The notes under the pieces were generated by a model. It searched no databases and was not told the DNA's origin. It saw only the letters and a list, made by a program, of their open reading frames with translations. Below are positions 1 through 9,700 of a stretch of DNA of 57,601 nucleotides, piece by piece. A program made the translations under genes and the position numbers. Within the stretch, counting starts at the first letter, position 1; every line of letters starts with the position of its first letter. Source of the stretch: an uncultured virus (IMG/VR IMGVR_UViG_3300029953_000007). Lineage: Duplodnaviria; Heunggongvirae; Uroviricota; Caudoviricetes. The stretch lies in the IMG/VR virus record IMGVR_UViG_3300029953_000007, one strand, 5' to 3'.

Positions 1-2
1 GT

Positions 3-185
3 CAAGTTGAGTTTGATAAACTTAAATCAGAGGTTTTGGAGATGAAGAAATTGCTTGAAAGAGCTTTAGAATACGACAAGAAGAATAATGAGCCTCATTG
101 TGAAATGGAAGATAAAGTAAAATTACTTAAACAAGTGGCTGCATTAGTAGGTGTTAGTTTAGAAGATATATTTAAAAATGAATGA
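3..185 (+). CDS. Hypothetical phage protein, 5'-partial (..QVEFDKLKSEVLEMKKLLERALEYDKKNNEPHCEMEDKVKLLKQVAALVGVSLEDIFKNE*)
   Basis: Frame 3 is open from the window start to TGA at 183-185 and overlaps the ATG of the next gene by 8 nt. Not in the supplied ORF track. Confidence 0.8.
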   Translation, partial: QVEFDKLKSEVLEMKKLLERALEYDKKNNEPHCEMEDKVKLLKQVAALVGVSLEDIFKNE

Positions 186-987
186 AAGAGAACCTAGAAT
201 ATTTGTTACAACAGATAGTCACGGCTGTAATAAGGAACTTTGTGAAGTTCTGGAACTTAGTGAATTCAAGCGTGGAGTGGACACTCTTATTCATATTGGA
301 GATTGCACTGATCGTGGACCAGATTCTTATGGTGTTATTGAAACACTCTTAAGTATACCAAACTTAATAGCAATACAAGGTAACCACGATTACCATATGA
401 AATATTTCATAGAGACTGGTTATCATCCTTGGGAACATAAGAGTTGTAAGACAATTGAATCTTATATTAATAGTTTAGAATTAGAGGCAGAAGGTGTGTA
501 TTGGACTTTAAAGTGGAAGAAGCATATAAGTACTAATTTTGAACCTAGGCACATGCCTAAAACACATCGTGATTTCTTTCTTAATCAACTACCTTATTAT
601 ATAGATGGTCAGAATAGATTATTTGTACATGGTGGTTATGATCCTATGATGAAAATAGAAGAACAATCACCTAACTTTATAATATGGGATAGAGATTTAG
701 TTCAACACCTTGGATCATTTTGGGAAGATAATAGACCAGTGAGTAATTATCCAGATGTTAATTGTTTTAAACGTGTGTTTATAGGTCATACACCAACTAT
801 AACTTTTAAGAAAAAGACACAGGATAATAAACTTGATTCTAATTGGTTACCTAGTGGGGCATTAAACACTAAACCTATGTACTTAGGACAATTAGTTAAT
901 CTTGATACCGGATGTGTTTTTGGTGGTAAGTTAAGTCTTATTGACATAACAAATGATGAAGAGCACATCCTTTATCAAAATACATAA
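178..987 (+). CDS. Calcineurin-like metallophosphoesterase (phage Ser/Thr protein phosphatase/ApaH-like)
   Basis: Motifs DSHG, GDCTDRG, GNHD, HGG, GHTP and DTG occur in the canonical order. Confidence 0.93.
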   Translation: MNEREPRIFVTTDSHGCNKELCEVLELSEFKRGVDTLIHIGDCTDRGPDSYGVIETLLSIPNLIAIQGNHDYHMKYFIETGYHPWEHKSCKTIESYINSLELEAEGVYWTLKWKKHISTNFEPRHMPKTHRDFFLNQLPYYIDGQNRLFVHGGYDPMMKIEEQSPNFIIWDRDLVQHLGSFWEDNRPVSNYPDVNCFKRVFIGHTPTITFKKKTQDNKLDSNWLPSGALNTKPMYLGQLVNLDTGCVFGGKLSLIDITNDEEHILYQNT

Positions 988-996
988 ATTAAATCT

Positions 997-1041
997 TAGG
1001 GAGATATGACGGCTTATGCTGTTGTATCTCCCTATTTTTTT
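997..1041 (+). terminator. Intrinsic terminator after the phosphoesterase gene
   Basis: Hairpin TAGGGAGATATGACGGC-TTAT-GCTGTTGTATCTCCCTA followed by T7. Confidence 0.9.
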
Positions 1042-1048
1042 AATTTGA

Positions 1049-1080
1049 TTTGATTATATCAAATAAAAGTGTTATATTTG
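1049..1080 (+). promoter_or_regulatory. Bacteroidota sigma-A type promoter for the lysozyme pair
   Basis: TTTG (1049-1052), 20 nt, TATATTTG (1073-1080); matches the -33/-7 consensus TTTG-N19-21-TAnnTTTG. Confidence 0.8.
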
Positions 1081-1088
1081 CAAAAATT

Positions 1089-1805
1089 ATGGATTCCTTA
1101 ACATTTAATAACCTTTCACCAGAAGAAAAAGTAGCGAAGTATAAAGACTTTAATAACCTTGATGATTCAGATTTAGGTTTTTTAAACTATAAAGCTAATA
1201 CACCAGCAAAAGTAGATATACCAAATATAGATTATAGTTCTAATTTATTAGATAATGCTCTTATAGCACCTTTATATCAACCAGTAAGTAAACCTATAGA
1301 TCCTCCTAAGATAGATCCTGTAATAACACCTACAATCACTCCAAAAGTTAATGTTGTAAAACAAGAAACTTCAGTAAATCCTAATCAAGCAGCATTAAGT
1401 GCTTATAAATATTTAGTAAATAATAAAAATATATCTAAAGAAGCAGCAGCAGGAATTGTAGGAAATCTATTTCAAGAAAGTGGAGTTGATCCAACACGAC
1501 AACAAAATAATGGAGGACCTGGAAGAGGTATTGCTCAGTGGGGTGTGGGAGATAGATGGAAGGCATTTCAAGATTGGTCTCAAAAGAGAAGTAGAGATAT
1601 ATTAGATTTACCTACACAACTTGATTATATTTTACAAGAACCAGGGCAAGAGAGTGCTATTAGAAGAACTTTAACCTCTAAAACACCAGAAGAAGCAGCT
1701 TTAAATTTTGGTAAATACTTTGAAGGTCCTAGTTCTGATCCTAAAGTTGCAAGATATGATATTAGAATAGGAATAGCAAATTCACTTTACAACTCTAAAA
1801 TATGA
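1089..1805 (+). CDS. Phage tail lysozyme (Phage_lysozyme2-like) domain protein with Pro-rich linker; likely start ATG 1089
   Basis: C-terminal AAAGIVGNLFQESG..GRGIAQW..QLDYILQE..FGKYFEGP signature. The track's TTG start at 1050 lies inside the promoter, so ATG 1089 is preferred. Confidence 0.85.
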   Translation: MDSLTFNNLSPEEKVAKYKDFNNLDDSDLGFLNYKANTPAKVDIPNIDYSSNLLDNALIAPLYQPVSKPIDPPKIDPVITPTITPKVNVVKQETSVNPNQAALSAYKYLVNNKNISKEAAAGIVGNLFQESGVDPTRQQNNGGPGRGIAQWGVGDRWKAFQDWSQKRSRDILDLPTQLDYILQEPGQESAIRRTLTSKTPEEAALNFGKYFEGPSSDPKVARYDIRIGIANSLYNSKI

Positions 1806-2260
1806 GAATAACGACAATAAATCAGACAGGCTTAGACTTTATAGCTAGTAATGAAGGTTTTGTGTCTAGAGTATATGGCGATGATGCAGGTGTACCAACA
1901 ATTGGTTATGGCTTCACATACTATCCTGCAACTGGTAAGAAGGTACAACATGGAGATCCTAATATTACAGAGTTACAAGCACAGAGTATGTTAAAACTAC
2001 TTATAAAACCTTATGAATATGCAGTTTCTTCAGTTACACGTGATGATCTAACTCAGAATGAATTTAATGCTTTAGTAGACTTTGACTATAACGTTGGTCA
2101 TTTAAAAGGTTCTACTTTATTAAAGAAAGTGAATGCTAAACAAGATGTATCAACTGCATTTTTAATGTGGGATAAGATACATAAAGATGGTCAATTGGTT
2201 GCAGATGAAGGTTTAAAAGAACGTAGATTAAAAGAAATAAAACTATATAATACAAAATGA
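1802..2260 (+). CDS. GH24 (T4/P21-like) lysozyme, probable endolysin
   Basis: E-x8-D-x5-T triad (EGFVSRVYGDDAGVPT), TIGYG, LTQNEFNALVDFDYNVG and GLKERRLKE. Confidence 0.93.
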   Translation: MRITTINQTGLDFIASNEGFVSRVYGDDAGVPTIGYGFTYYPATGKKVQHGDPNITELQAQSMLKLLIKPYEYAVSSVTRDDLTQNEFNALVDFDYNVGHLKGSTLLKKVNAKQDVSTAFLMWDKIHKDGQLVADEGLKERRLKEIKLYNTK

Positions 2261-2262
2261 GA

Positions 2263-2305
2263 AAGCCATACAGTCCTTAATTGGATTGTATGGCTTATTT
2301 TTTTT
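2263..2305 (+). terminator. Intrinsic terminator at the convergence of the + lysis genes and the - virion operon
   Basis: Hairpin AAGCCATACAGTCC-TTAATT-GGATTGTATGGCTT followed by a T-run on +; a short T-run on - suggests it may act in both directions. Confidence 0.85.
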
Positions 2306-5300
2306 AATGAATTGTACTTAAACCATTAATAGTCCTATAGATACTTAAATTCTTTAAAATAGCATCAGGACTTTTAGAACCACTAGCAACTTGCCAAGTA
2401 TCAGTTAGAACTTTTTGACTCCATGCTATAGACGAAAGAGGGTTATCAGGCCCTGAGACTGCCGTAACTGTAGAACAAATAAAGAAATCTCGTGATGAGT
2501 TACGAAGAGCACTTACTGCTCTATATCCAAGTGGATTATCCTTAGCCATATTAGGTTCACTAAATGCAGCTATTATAGACATTATAACTCCAAGTACAAG
2601 TGTATCACCAAGTAGATAAGCAAAATTAGCTTTTTGAGTTGCATTCATGTTATTCCACGATTTAACTACATTAAACTTATTAGTCTCTAGTTCATGATAC
2701 ATAGCAAATATTGTCTGTGCTATACCTTCCATATACTTACCTTTCCATTCCATAATAGGAAGACCATCTTCACCTATCTTAACTTTCCCTTCATCATCAA
2801 GAACTTCTTGAAAATGCCCTCTAGTCTGATTGTTAGTATCAGTTTCTGTAAACCAACGATTCTTCTTAACTGTTAACCAACCTTTAAATTGTAAAAATAT
2901 CCTACCAAAAGCGGTTTTATCAAAAGTACTTCTATCAACTGCATCATAATTACCGTGTATATCATTAGCAAAAGTTCGCATAGCTGTAGCCTGACGACTT
3001 GTGTAAGCACGAGCTAAAGTACCATCACCTTCCTTAATACCTCCAGGTTCACTTTCTAATTCTTGTCTTATTACTTTATATAACGCTTCTTGCTTTTTAT
3101 ACTCTTCAGTTTTACGTGAATCAGGCATAGCTTTATTGTTCGTATAGAGACTAAATCTTTTATCAAGCTTTTCATTATAAACTAAACGATCATTTATCAT
3201 TTGATGAGCTGAGTCTTTACTTATCTGACCTGTACTATCAAGTGTGATAGTACCATCCTTAATAGCTTGCGAGTTAAATATAAGCATCCTATTATACCAT
3301 CCCGGAAATGTTGTAAACCACCTACCTATTCTAGATATAAAGTGAATACCTCCACCAACACCCTGTTGTGTTTGATGTACCATTTGACTTACATCCATAT
3401 GTGCTAGACCATAAATTTCATTAAGAGCATCACTAAAACCAGGAGAGACATATGTCATTTTGTTTTGATTCATTGTACCACCTACTATAGCATGAGCTTG
3501 TAAATAATCTTTTAATCCAAAATTAAACTCTGAATATTTATTTGCCATTAATGTAACAATATTAGCAAAGAAGCCAGTTGACATTTCTGTTGCTCCTGCA
3601 CCCCAATTAAGAAGCATAGTAGCATTAGAAGATATATTTCTTATTGTATTAGTAACAGCTGCTAATGTTTCTGATTCACCTGCTATAAGACTAGCACCAA
3701 AAAGTGTTGTTTGAATAAAGTCGTTTTGCCATTTAGTGACATTTGTAGTATCGTTATAACCGAGTACTGTACTAATCATACCTACATCTTTAAGAGCATT
3801 AAGTACCGGTAAATATTTATTATATTGTTCTTCTCTATGATGTGCCATCATATAAGTAGAAAATACTAGTTCTATATCAGTTTCAAAATCACCTTTTTTT
3901 GCTTCGTCTACTTTTTGTTGTCTTGTATCAAGATCTAAATCACTAATATTAAATCCATTAAACATTTCATTTTGAGTACGCATTGCATCTTTTGACTTTG
4001 TATCATTCTTAAGAAAATTATTAGGATTAAGTATATCACGATACACACCATCTATAAATTGACTTAGATTTCTACCTTTAAATGAAGAAAGTAAAGAAGC
4101 GTTTAAAAGAGGTATATTACGAGATTCCTCTGATAATAAAAAATTATCAACATAATCTTGATTTCTACCACTTTCTAACATTTTATTAGTACGTATAGTA
4201 TTAATTTGATTAAGAATAGTAGTTATAGTTTGTTTTTGGAAATCAGCTAAATTTGATTTAGGATCATTAACATCTTTAAATCTCATGTTATCTGTATCTA
4301 TAAGCTTTTCCCAAGCTGGATAGTTATAGCCTACAGCTTTAATTTGAAAAGTAGTAGAACTTTTAGTATAAAACTTATCTAAAGTATCACGCCATCCACC
4401 AGATTTATTAAGAAACTCCAAAAATGCAGAACGAGCATCACTCATTGCTCTATTAACAACTTGAACTGTAGCTGTTTGCAAAGGATGTTGTGCTAAATTA
4501 GGTGTTCCCATAAGAGTGTTGTTAGATCCTATAATATTACCTAACACAGCTACATCACGTTCATGCCATATATCCAATCTTTCTAATTCAATAAGAGATT
4601 GACCAGCTAACTCTAAACACCTTTCAATATCTCTATACTCTACAGCTCCTAATACTTTAGTATTGTTACCAACATAACCACGTAGCATTTCAGACATTTC
4701 ACCAAGTAGTTTTCTTCGTTCATTAATGTCTGCATATGTAAGATTACCTAATCTATCAAGTATACCTTTAGTCTTTGTAATATTACTTGTTATACTAGTC
4801 CACCTCTTATCAGTTAAAAGTTCTGACATACGAGTAATAAGAGCACGAGTTGGATCAAGTTGTTTAGGAAGCCAGTCATTCTTAGGTAAACCTAAGTTTG
4901 GATCAATTTGCTTTCTAAGTGCATTATACCATGTTTCAAGCTGTCCTAACATTTGCATCTTCTCATTACCTATAAGGTTACCTTCCATAATATTAATGGC
5001 TTTAATTGAACCTATATTTTTATCAATAAAACTACTTTTATTGTCTTTAATGAAACTATAGACTTTTAAAAGCTCAACATCACCATTTGTTACTTTATGA
5101 ATACCAACTATAGATTTAGCTTTAGTGTCAGATAGAAAATTACCAAGTACTGTAGTAGCACCTTTAACAACAAGTTCTGGTGCTGCATTAAGATCAGAAC
5201 TACTAAGAGCTATAAAATCAACTTCATTTGTTCCTGTGTGTTCTATTTGTAAGATATTAAGATCTGCTGCTGGATCACTTTTTACCACTTGCCATAATGG

Positions 5301-6755
5301 ATCATTTATATATTTATGAAGTAAAGATTTTGCTTTAAGTATTGTATCGTTATCAGCTTTAGTATTTTTAGTTGTAAAATTACTCCATTTTACATCTTCA
5401 TAACCACCACCATCCTGTATTACCTTTTTAGCGTCATTAATGAATGTTCCCATCCTTTCTGGGAGTGTAGAGTTTTCATTTTCCCAATCTTTAAGAACTC
5501 TTGCTATCTCAGCTTTAATTTCATTAACAGGTAGTTCCTTACTAATTGGGTAACTAGTATTATTAGCATTGTATGGATGATAATACCATAATTTAGCAGT
5601 TGGGGACTTACTATGTGCAAGCATATTATCATATTCGTCATCCACTGACTTACTACCCTGTACTGTTTTTTTCTGTTCAAAGTTAAATGTCTCTTTCATA
5701 AACTTATGGACATTCGCATTATCAACTATACCTCTTGTGTCAACTGTATAAGGCATTATCTTCTTAACATTCTGCATTTCAGGATCAGTTTCCCTAAATT
5801 GACGATTGGAGTCTTGTCCTATATCAAAGTCATAAATAGTATTTGTATTGTAATCAATATCTTTAAGAAGAACTGGAAGTATATGAGTACTTTGTACATC
5901 ATAACCTGCACGTCGTTGTATCTGACGATAAAACATAAGTTGATAATTGTTACTCTTTATTTTATCTTTACCCCATTCATTCTCATTCTTTATTGAAGTC
6001 TTGTAATCATAGATATGTTGTTTACCTAATTCATCAACTACAACTAGATCCATAGTTCCTGCTATTTTAGCTTTTATATCAAATGTTCTAATTTCAGTTG
6101 CATATAAAGCATTAGGATATTTTAGATCTAAACTAGCTTTAAACTTCTTAAGTTCATCAATGTATTTATTAAGTACGTGACTAGTTAAACCTGTTAATTC
6201 AGGGAATAATTGTATAATATCCCTACTTTCTGTGATGTTACCATTAAAGAACTGTTGAGCTATTGTATGCCAAGAAGTACCAAGTAATGTTTGAGTTTGC
6301 CAAGATTTTATTTGTTTCTGTAGAATATCTAAAGCTTGTTGTTGAGTATACCTAGGAGTACCATCAGGGTTAACTGCTTTCATCATATCTGCATATGCTT
6401 TAGCTTGCCAATTCTCTAAGTTAAATGGCCTTATTATCTCCATTCCAAAACGTTTTTCACTCTCTTCTTTACTTAAGATTTTAGTTACAGGTGTTAGTGA
6501 TACTACCTTTCCCGTTTCTCTATCAATTACACTATAACTATGATCTTCGTCTTTATAGTTAACAAGATTAGAACGTTCTCTTAGTTCTTGATATATCTGT
6601 TGTTGATAACTTCTATCGTTACTAAATAACACTTTATCTGATAATAATTGAGAACTAAGTGTTCTTCTATTTTCACGTAAAAATGAATTTAACTCCTCTT
6701 CAGAGTTAAATTCATGTAACTGTCCGTTTAATTTTATTCTAAATGCGCAATCCAT
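2304..6755 (-). CDS. Giant virion cargo protein (~1483 aa) with N-terminal PD-(D/E)XK nuclease domain and C-terminal hydrophobic segment
   Basis: GTSWH..EIRT..AGTMDLVVVDELGKQHIYDYKTS..YQLMFY (RecB/Cas4-like). ATG 6755 (MDCAF) follows the upstream stop by 2 nt. Hydrophobic FAYLLGDTLVLGVIMSIIAAF near the C-terminus. Confidence 0.8.
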   Translation of the reverse strand: MDCAFRIKLNGQLHEFNSEEELNSFLRENRRTLSSQLLSDKVLFSNDRSYQQQIYQELRERSNLVNYKDEDHSYSVIDRETGKVVSLTPVTKILSKEESEKRFGMEIIRPFNLENWQAKAYADMMKAVNPDGTPRYTQQQALDILQKQIKSWQTQTLLGTSWHTIAQQFFNGNITESRDIIQLFPELTGLTSHVLNKYIDELKKFKASLDLKYPNALYATEIRTFDIKAKIAGTMDLVVVDELGKQHIYDYKTSIKNENEWGKDKIKSNNYQLMFYRQIQRRAGYDVQSTHILPVLLKDIDYNTNTIYDFDIGQDSNRQFRETDPEMQNVKKIMPYTVDTRGIVDNANVHKFMKETFNFEQKKTVQGSKSVDDEYDNMLAHSKSPTAKLWYYHPYNANNTSYPISKELPVNEIKAEIARVLKDWENENSTLPERMGTFINDAKKVIQDGGGYEDVKWSNFTTKNTKADNDTILKAKSLLHKYINDPLWQVVKSDPAADLNILQIEHTGTNEVDFIALSSSDLNAAPELVVKGATTVLGNFLSDTKAKSIVGIHKVTNGDVELLKVYSFIKDNKSSFIDKNIGSIKAINIMEGNLIGNEKMQMLGQLETWYNALRKQIDPNLGLPKNDWLPKQLDPTRALITRMSELLTDKRWTSITSNITKTKGILDRLGNLTYADINERRKLLGEMSEMLRGYVGNNTKVLGAVEYRDIERCLELAGQSLIELERLDIWHERDVAVLGNIIGSNNTLMGTPNLAQHPLQTATVQVVNRAMSDARSAFLEFLNKSGGWRDTLDKFYTKSSTTFQIKAVGYNYPAWEKLIDTDNMRFKDVNDPKSNLADFQKQTITTILNQINTIRTNKMLESGRNQDYVDNFLLSEESRNIPLLNASLLSSFKGRNLSQFIDGVYRDILNPNNFLKNDTKSKDAMRTQNEMFNGFNISDLDLDTRQQKVDEAKKGDFETDIELVFSTYMMAHHREEQYNKYLPVLNALKDVGMISTVLGYNDTTNVTKWQNDFIQTTLFGASLIAGESETLAAVTNTIRNISSNATMLLNWGAGATEMSTGFFANIVTLMANKYSEFNFGLKDYLQAHAIVGGTMNQNKMTYVSPGFSDALNEIYGLAHMDVSQMVHQTQQGVGGGIHFISRIGRWFTTFPGWYNRMLIFNSQAIKDGTITLDSTGQISKDSAHQMINDRLVYNEKLDKRFSLYTNNKAMPDSRKTEEYKKQEALYKVIRQELESEPGGIKEGDGTLARAYTSRQATAMRTFANDIHGNYDAVDRSTFDKTAFGRIFLQFKGWLTVKKNRWFTETDTNNQTRGHFQEVLDDEGKVKIGEDGLPIMEWKGKYMEGIAQTIFAMYHELETNKFNVVKSWNNMNATQKANFAYLLGDTLVLGVIMSIIAAFSEPNMAKDNPLGYRAVSALRNSSRDFFICSTVTAVSGPDNPLSSIAWSQKVLTDTWQVASGSKSPDAILKNLSIYRTINGLSTIH

Positions 6756-6757
6756 AA

Positions 6758-9700
6758 TTAACATTGTTGAGTTAAATAACCTTTGTCTCGTAACTCATTC
6801 TTTAAAAGGTTAACATCTTTAGTATCTGATATAGGATACTGATCATAAACATCAGTTATTTTATTATTCATTACATGATCACCTACAAGATTAATTACAT
6901 CTTCCCAAGGTAGTGTTAAGATTTCTTTAGCGTCTATATCATATATTGATGTCACTTCTTTATTAAGTGCTTGAGTAAGTTTGTCTTTTGTATATTGAGC
7001 AAAACCTAACAATAAGTCTTGATTACTATCCATATTTTGCTGGTCTTTAGATAGAAGTTTACCATGTAAATATTCACCTAATATTGTTACAAAAGCTTCT
7101 TCATTGAGATCGTCACCTTCAAGATGTGAATAGTCGATAGCTATATTATCAAATAAAGAGTGATTCTTAGTTACGCCCACTATAGCGCTATATAATTTAG
7201 GATTTTCATATTTTAATGAATTAAGGAACAAATGAGCATATTCATGTATCTGATCACTTATTGAAGCTTTATCAGTATTTATATACACTTGACCTTTTAA
7301 GACGAAAGCACGAGAGTTAGAGTAGTCATAATTAGTTGTTTTTTGAAGTTCTTGTAGGTCTTGATTATCAACATAATTAAGTTGTACTTCTGGATTTAAC
7401 TCTTGAAGCCTATTTCCAATTGTTCGTAATGCGCGAATTGAAGATTTAGGTGATTTGTATTGTGCATCAAGTGAGAAAGGTGTATCTTTACTTTGTGTTC
7501 CATTGTTATCTCTTGATTGTTTAATAGAAGAGTTTGCATCATCAATTTGAGCTTTCTGTTTTAAAAGTGTTTCAAGATCTCTACTACGTTTAAATCCACT
7601 TGGTATATCATTACGATATGACATTCTAATTGCAGTAACCTTACTAGGAGTTACTTGACTTGTCGTCATATCTGTATTTAAAGTATAGATATTACCACCT
7701 TCAGTACGCTCTATTACTGCATCAAATGGGGCTCCACTTGAAGTACGATATTGAACCCAATCGCCAGGTTTTAATGCCTTTATAAGTTCAGGTCTAAATC
7801 TCTTTCCAAATTGTGTATCTACTATTGCAAGTCTAGGATTTATAAATGTAGACTTAGTCATTACACCACGATGTACATAATACAAATCTTCACTATTCTT
7901 ATGCATTGTAGCTTTAACGTAAGCAGCTTTATCAGGTTCTACCTCATTAAAGTTTTTATCTAAGAACTTAGTAGGACGTGGATCGTAATTACGGTCTCTA
8001 CCTTCCTTTTCATTCTCATTCATTTGTTCTTTTGTAAGAGGATCTAATATTATGTTAGTTAAAGGAATAAAGCGCCAATAATTTTGTTCTAAATTTATAG
8101 GTTTACTATTAAGTCCTTTAACATCTTGCATAGTTTTAGCAAAAGTGAAATTATTAAAATCACGATCAGCTTTAGTACGTTCAAATAACCATTTACGTCT
8201 ATTTAGAAGTTCTTCATTCATATCTGAATGAATTTCTTGTGTTTTAGGATCTTTTGATAGTTTTCCTATATTAAGACCTATTCTTGCTATATTTTCAGGA
8301 CGTACATAACTTGCAAAATAATCACCAGCTTTACGTGTAAAGTTATCATTAACTTGTATATCTTTATTAGCTCGTGATGCTATAACAACTGTTCCATCAT
8401 CAAGCACTCTCATTACTTTCCTATATATAGGTATTCTAGTGCCATTGTTACCTATCATGTTAAATCTAGGATCTTTAATATCGATAATACCTCCACTTTC
8501 ACCAAGTCTTTTTAACATCTTACCATCTATTCTACCATCATCAGTAGTAGCTTCATAAAAATCATATTGTTGCCTTATGTTATGTGGATTATCCCTAGGA
8601 TCATTAAGCATTGTATAACCACCACCTTCTTTTGCTTCAAAATTAGCAGTTTGCTTATTAGTTTCATATTTACCCCGTTCAGCTGCAAACTCTTCATATG
8701 CACGTCTGGCATGAGCAGTATTCTCCATTACATGCGTGATTTCTAAACCACTTTCAGGTGTTAATCTAGAATCATATTTTATTGTTTGTATTATAGTAAC
8801 TGGATCGTGTGTACTAGATCTTAAGTCTTCTGCTGTAAACACTATGAGAGCATCATCAGTTTTAGCAAGAACTAAACCATTAAGTGGATAAGTAACTGTT
8901 TTACCTGAGTCATTAGTATAACGTTTAGAAATACGTACAAAAGATTCTCCTGGCTGTATTCTACTTTTTATAAGGTTTAGGTTATTATCAAAACGTACAC
9001 TTGATTCTTCTTCTGTTTCTATAGGTTGTCCATCACTATTAGTCCTTTGAATTGGTGGATTAATAAGCTTTTTACCTTTTATTTCAGATGAGTATGTAGT
9101 CTTACCGTTAATATTAATGAATGCATCATCGTTAAAGTCTATAACTTGTTGTTTATAGTCACTTAACATAGATTGATAATCGTTAGTACGTTTATTTTTA
9201 GCATATGCATTAACCATATTAAATGGAATAATCATACCTTGACCTTCTTGAGTTGCTACTTGTATTCCATTAGCAACTCGTTTAACTACAGTGTACCATC
9301 GATTAAGTTTAACTTTTTGCATTATATCTGTACCTGCAATAGGAAATTCTGCATCACCCTTACTTCTTACAAGGTCACCTGCCGATATAGCATTTGATAA
9401 CTGTTCAGAGTGTCTAGCATAGTCTTTTGCTACATCACCGTCCCAAAAAACATCAAAAATATTTGTATTAGGAGCTACATACCATTGAGGTTTACCATCT
9501 ATTGTTTTTAGAGTTGGATGTTTCCATAATTTAAAAGCAGGTGAATCTCTAAATTCATGATTAGTTACATCTACATTTGGTCTATAACCTATATATTCAT
9601 GTTTTGCGACATTCATATAAGTTTTACCACCTTCATTATGTTCAAAAATATAAGTCTTGTATAAGTCTTTAATTTGAGCTTTTATATCGGCAGCTTTCTG

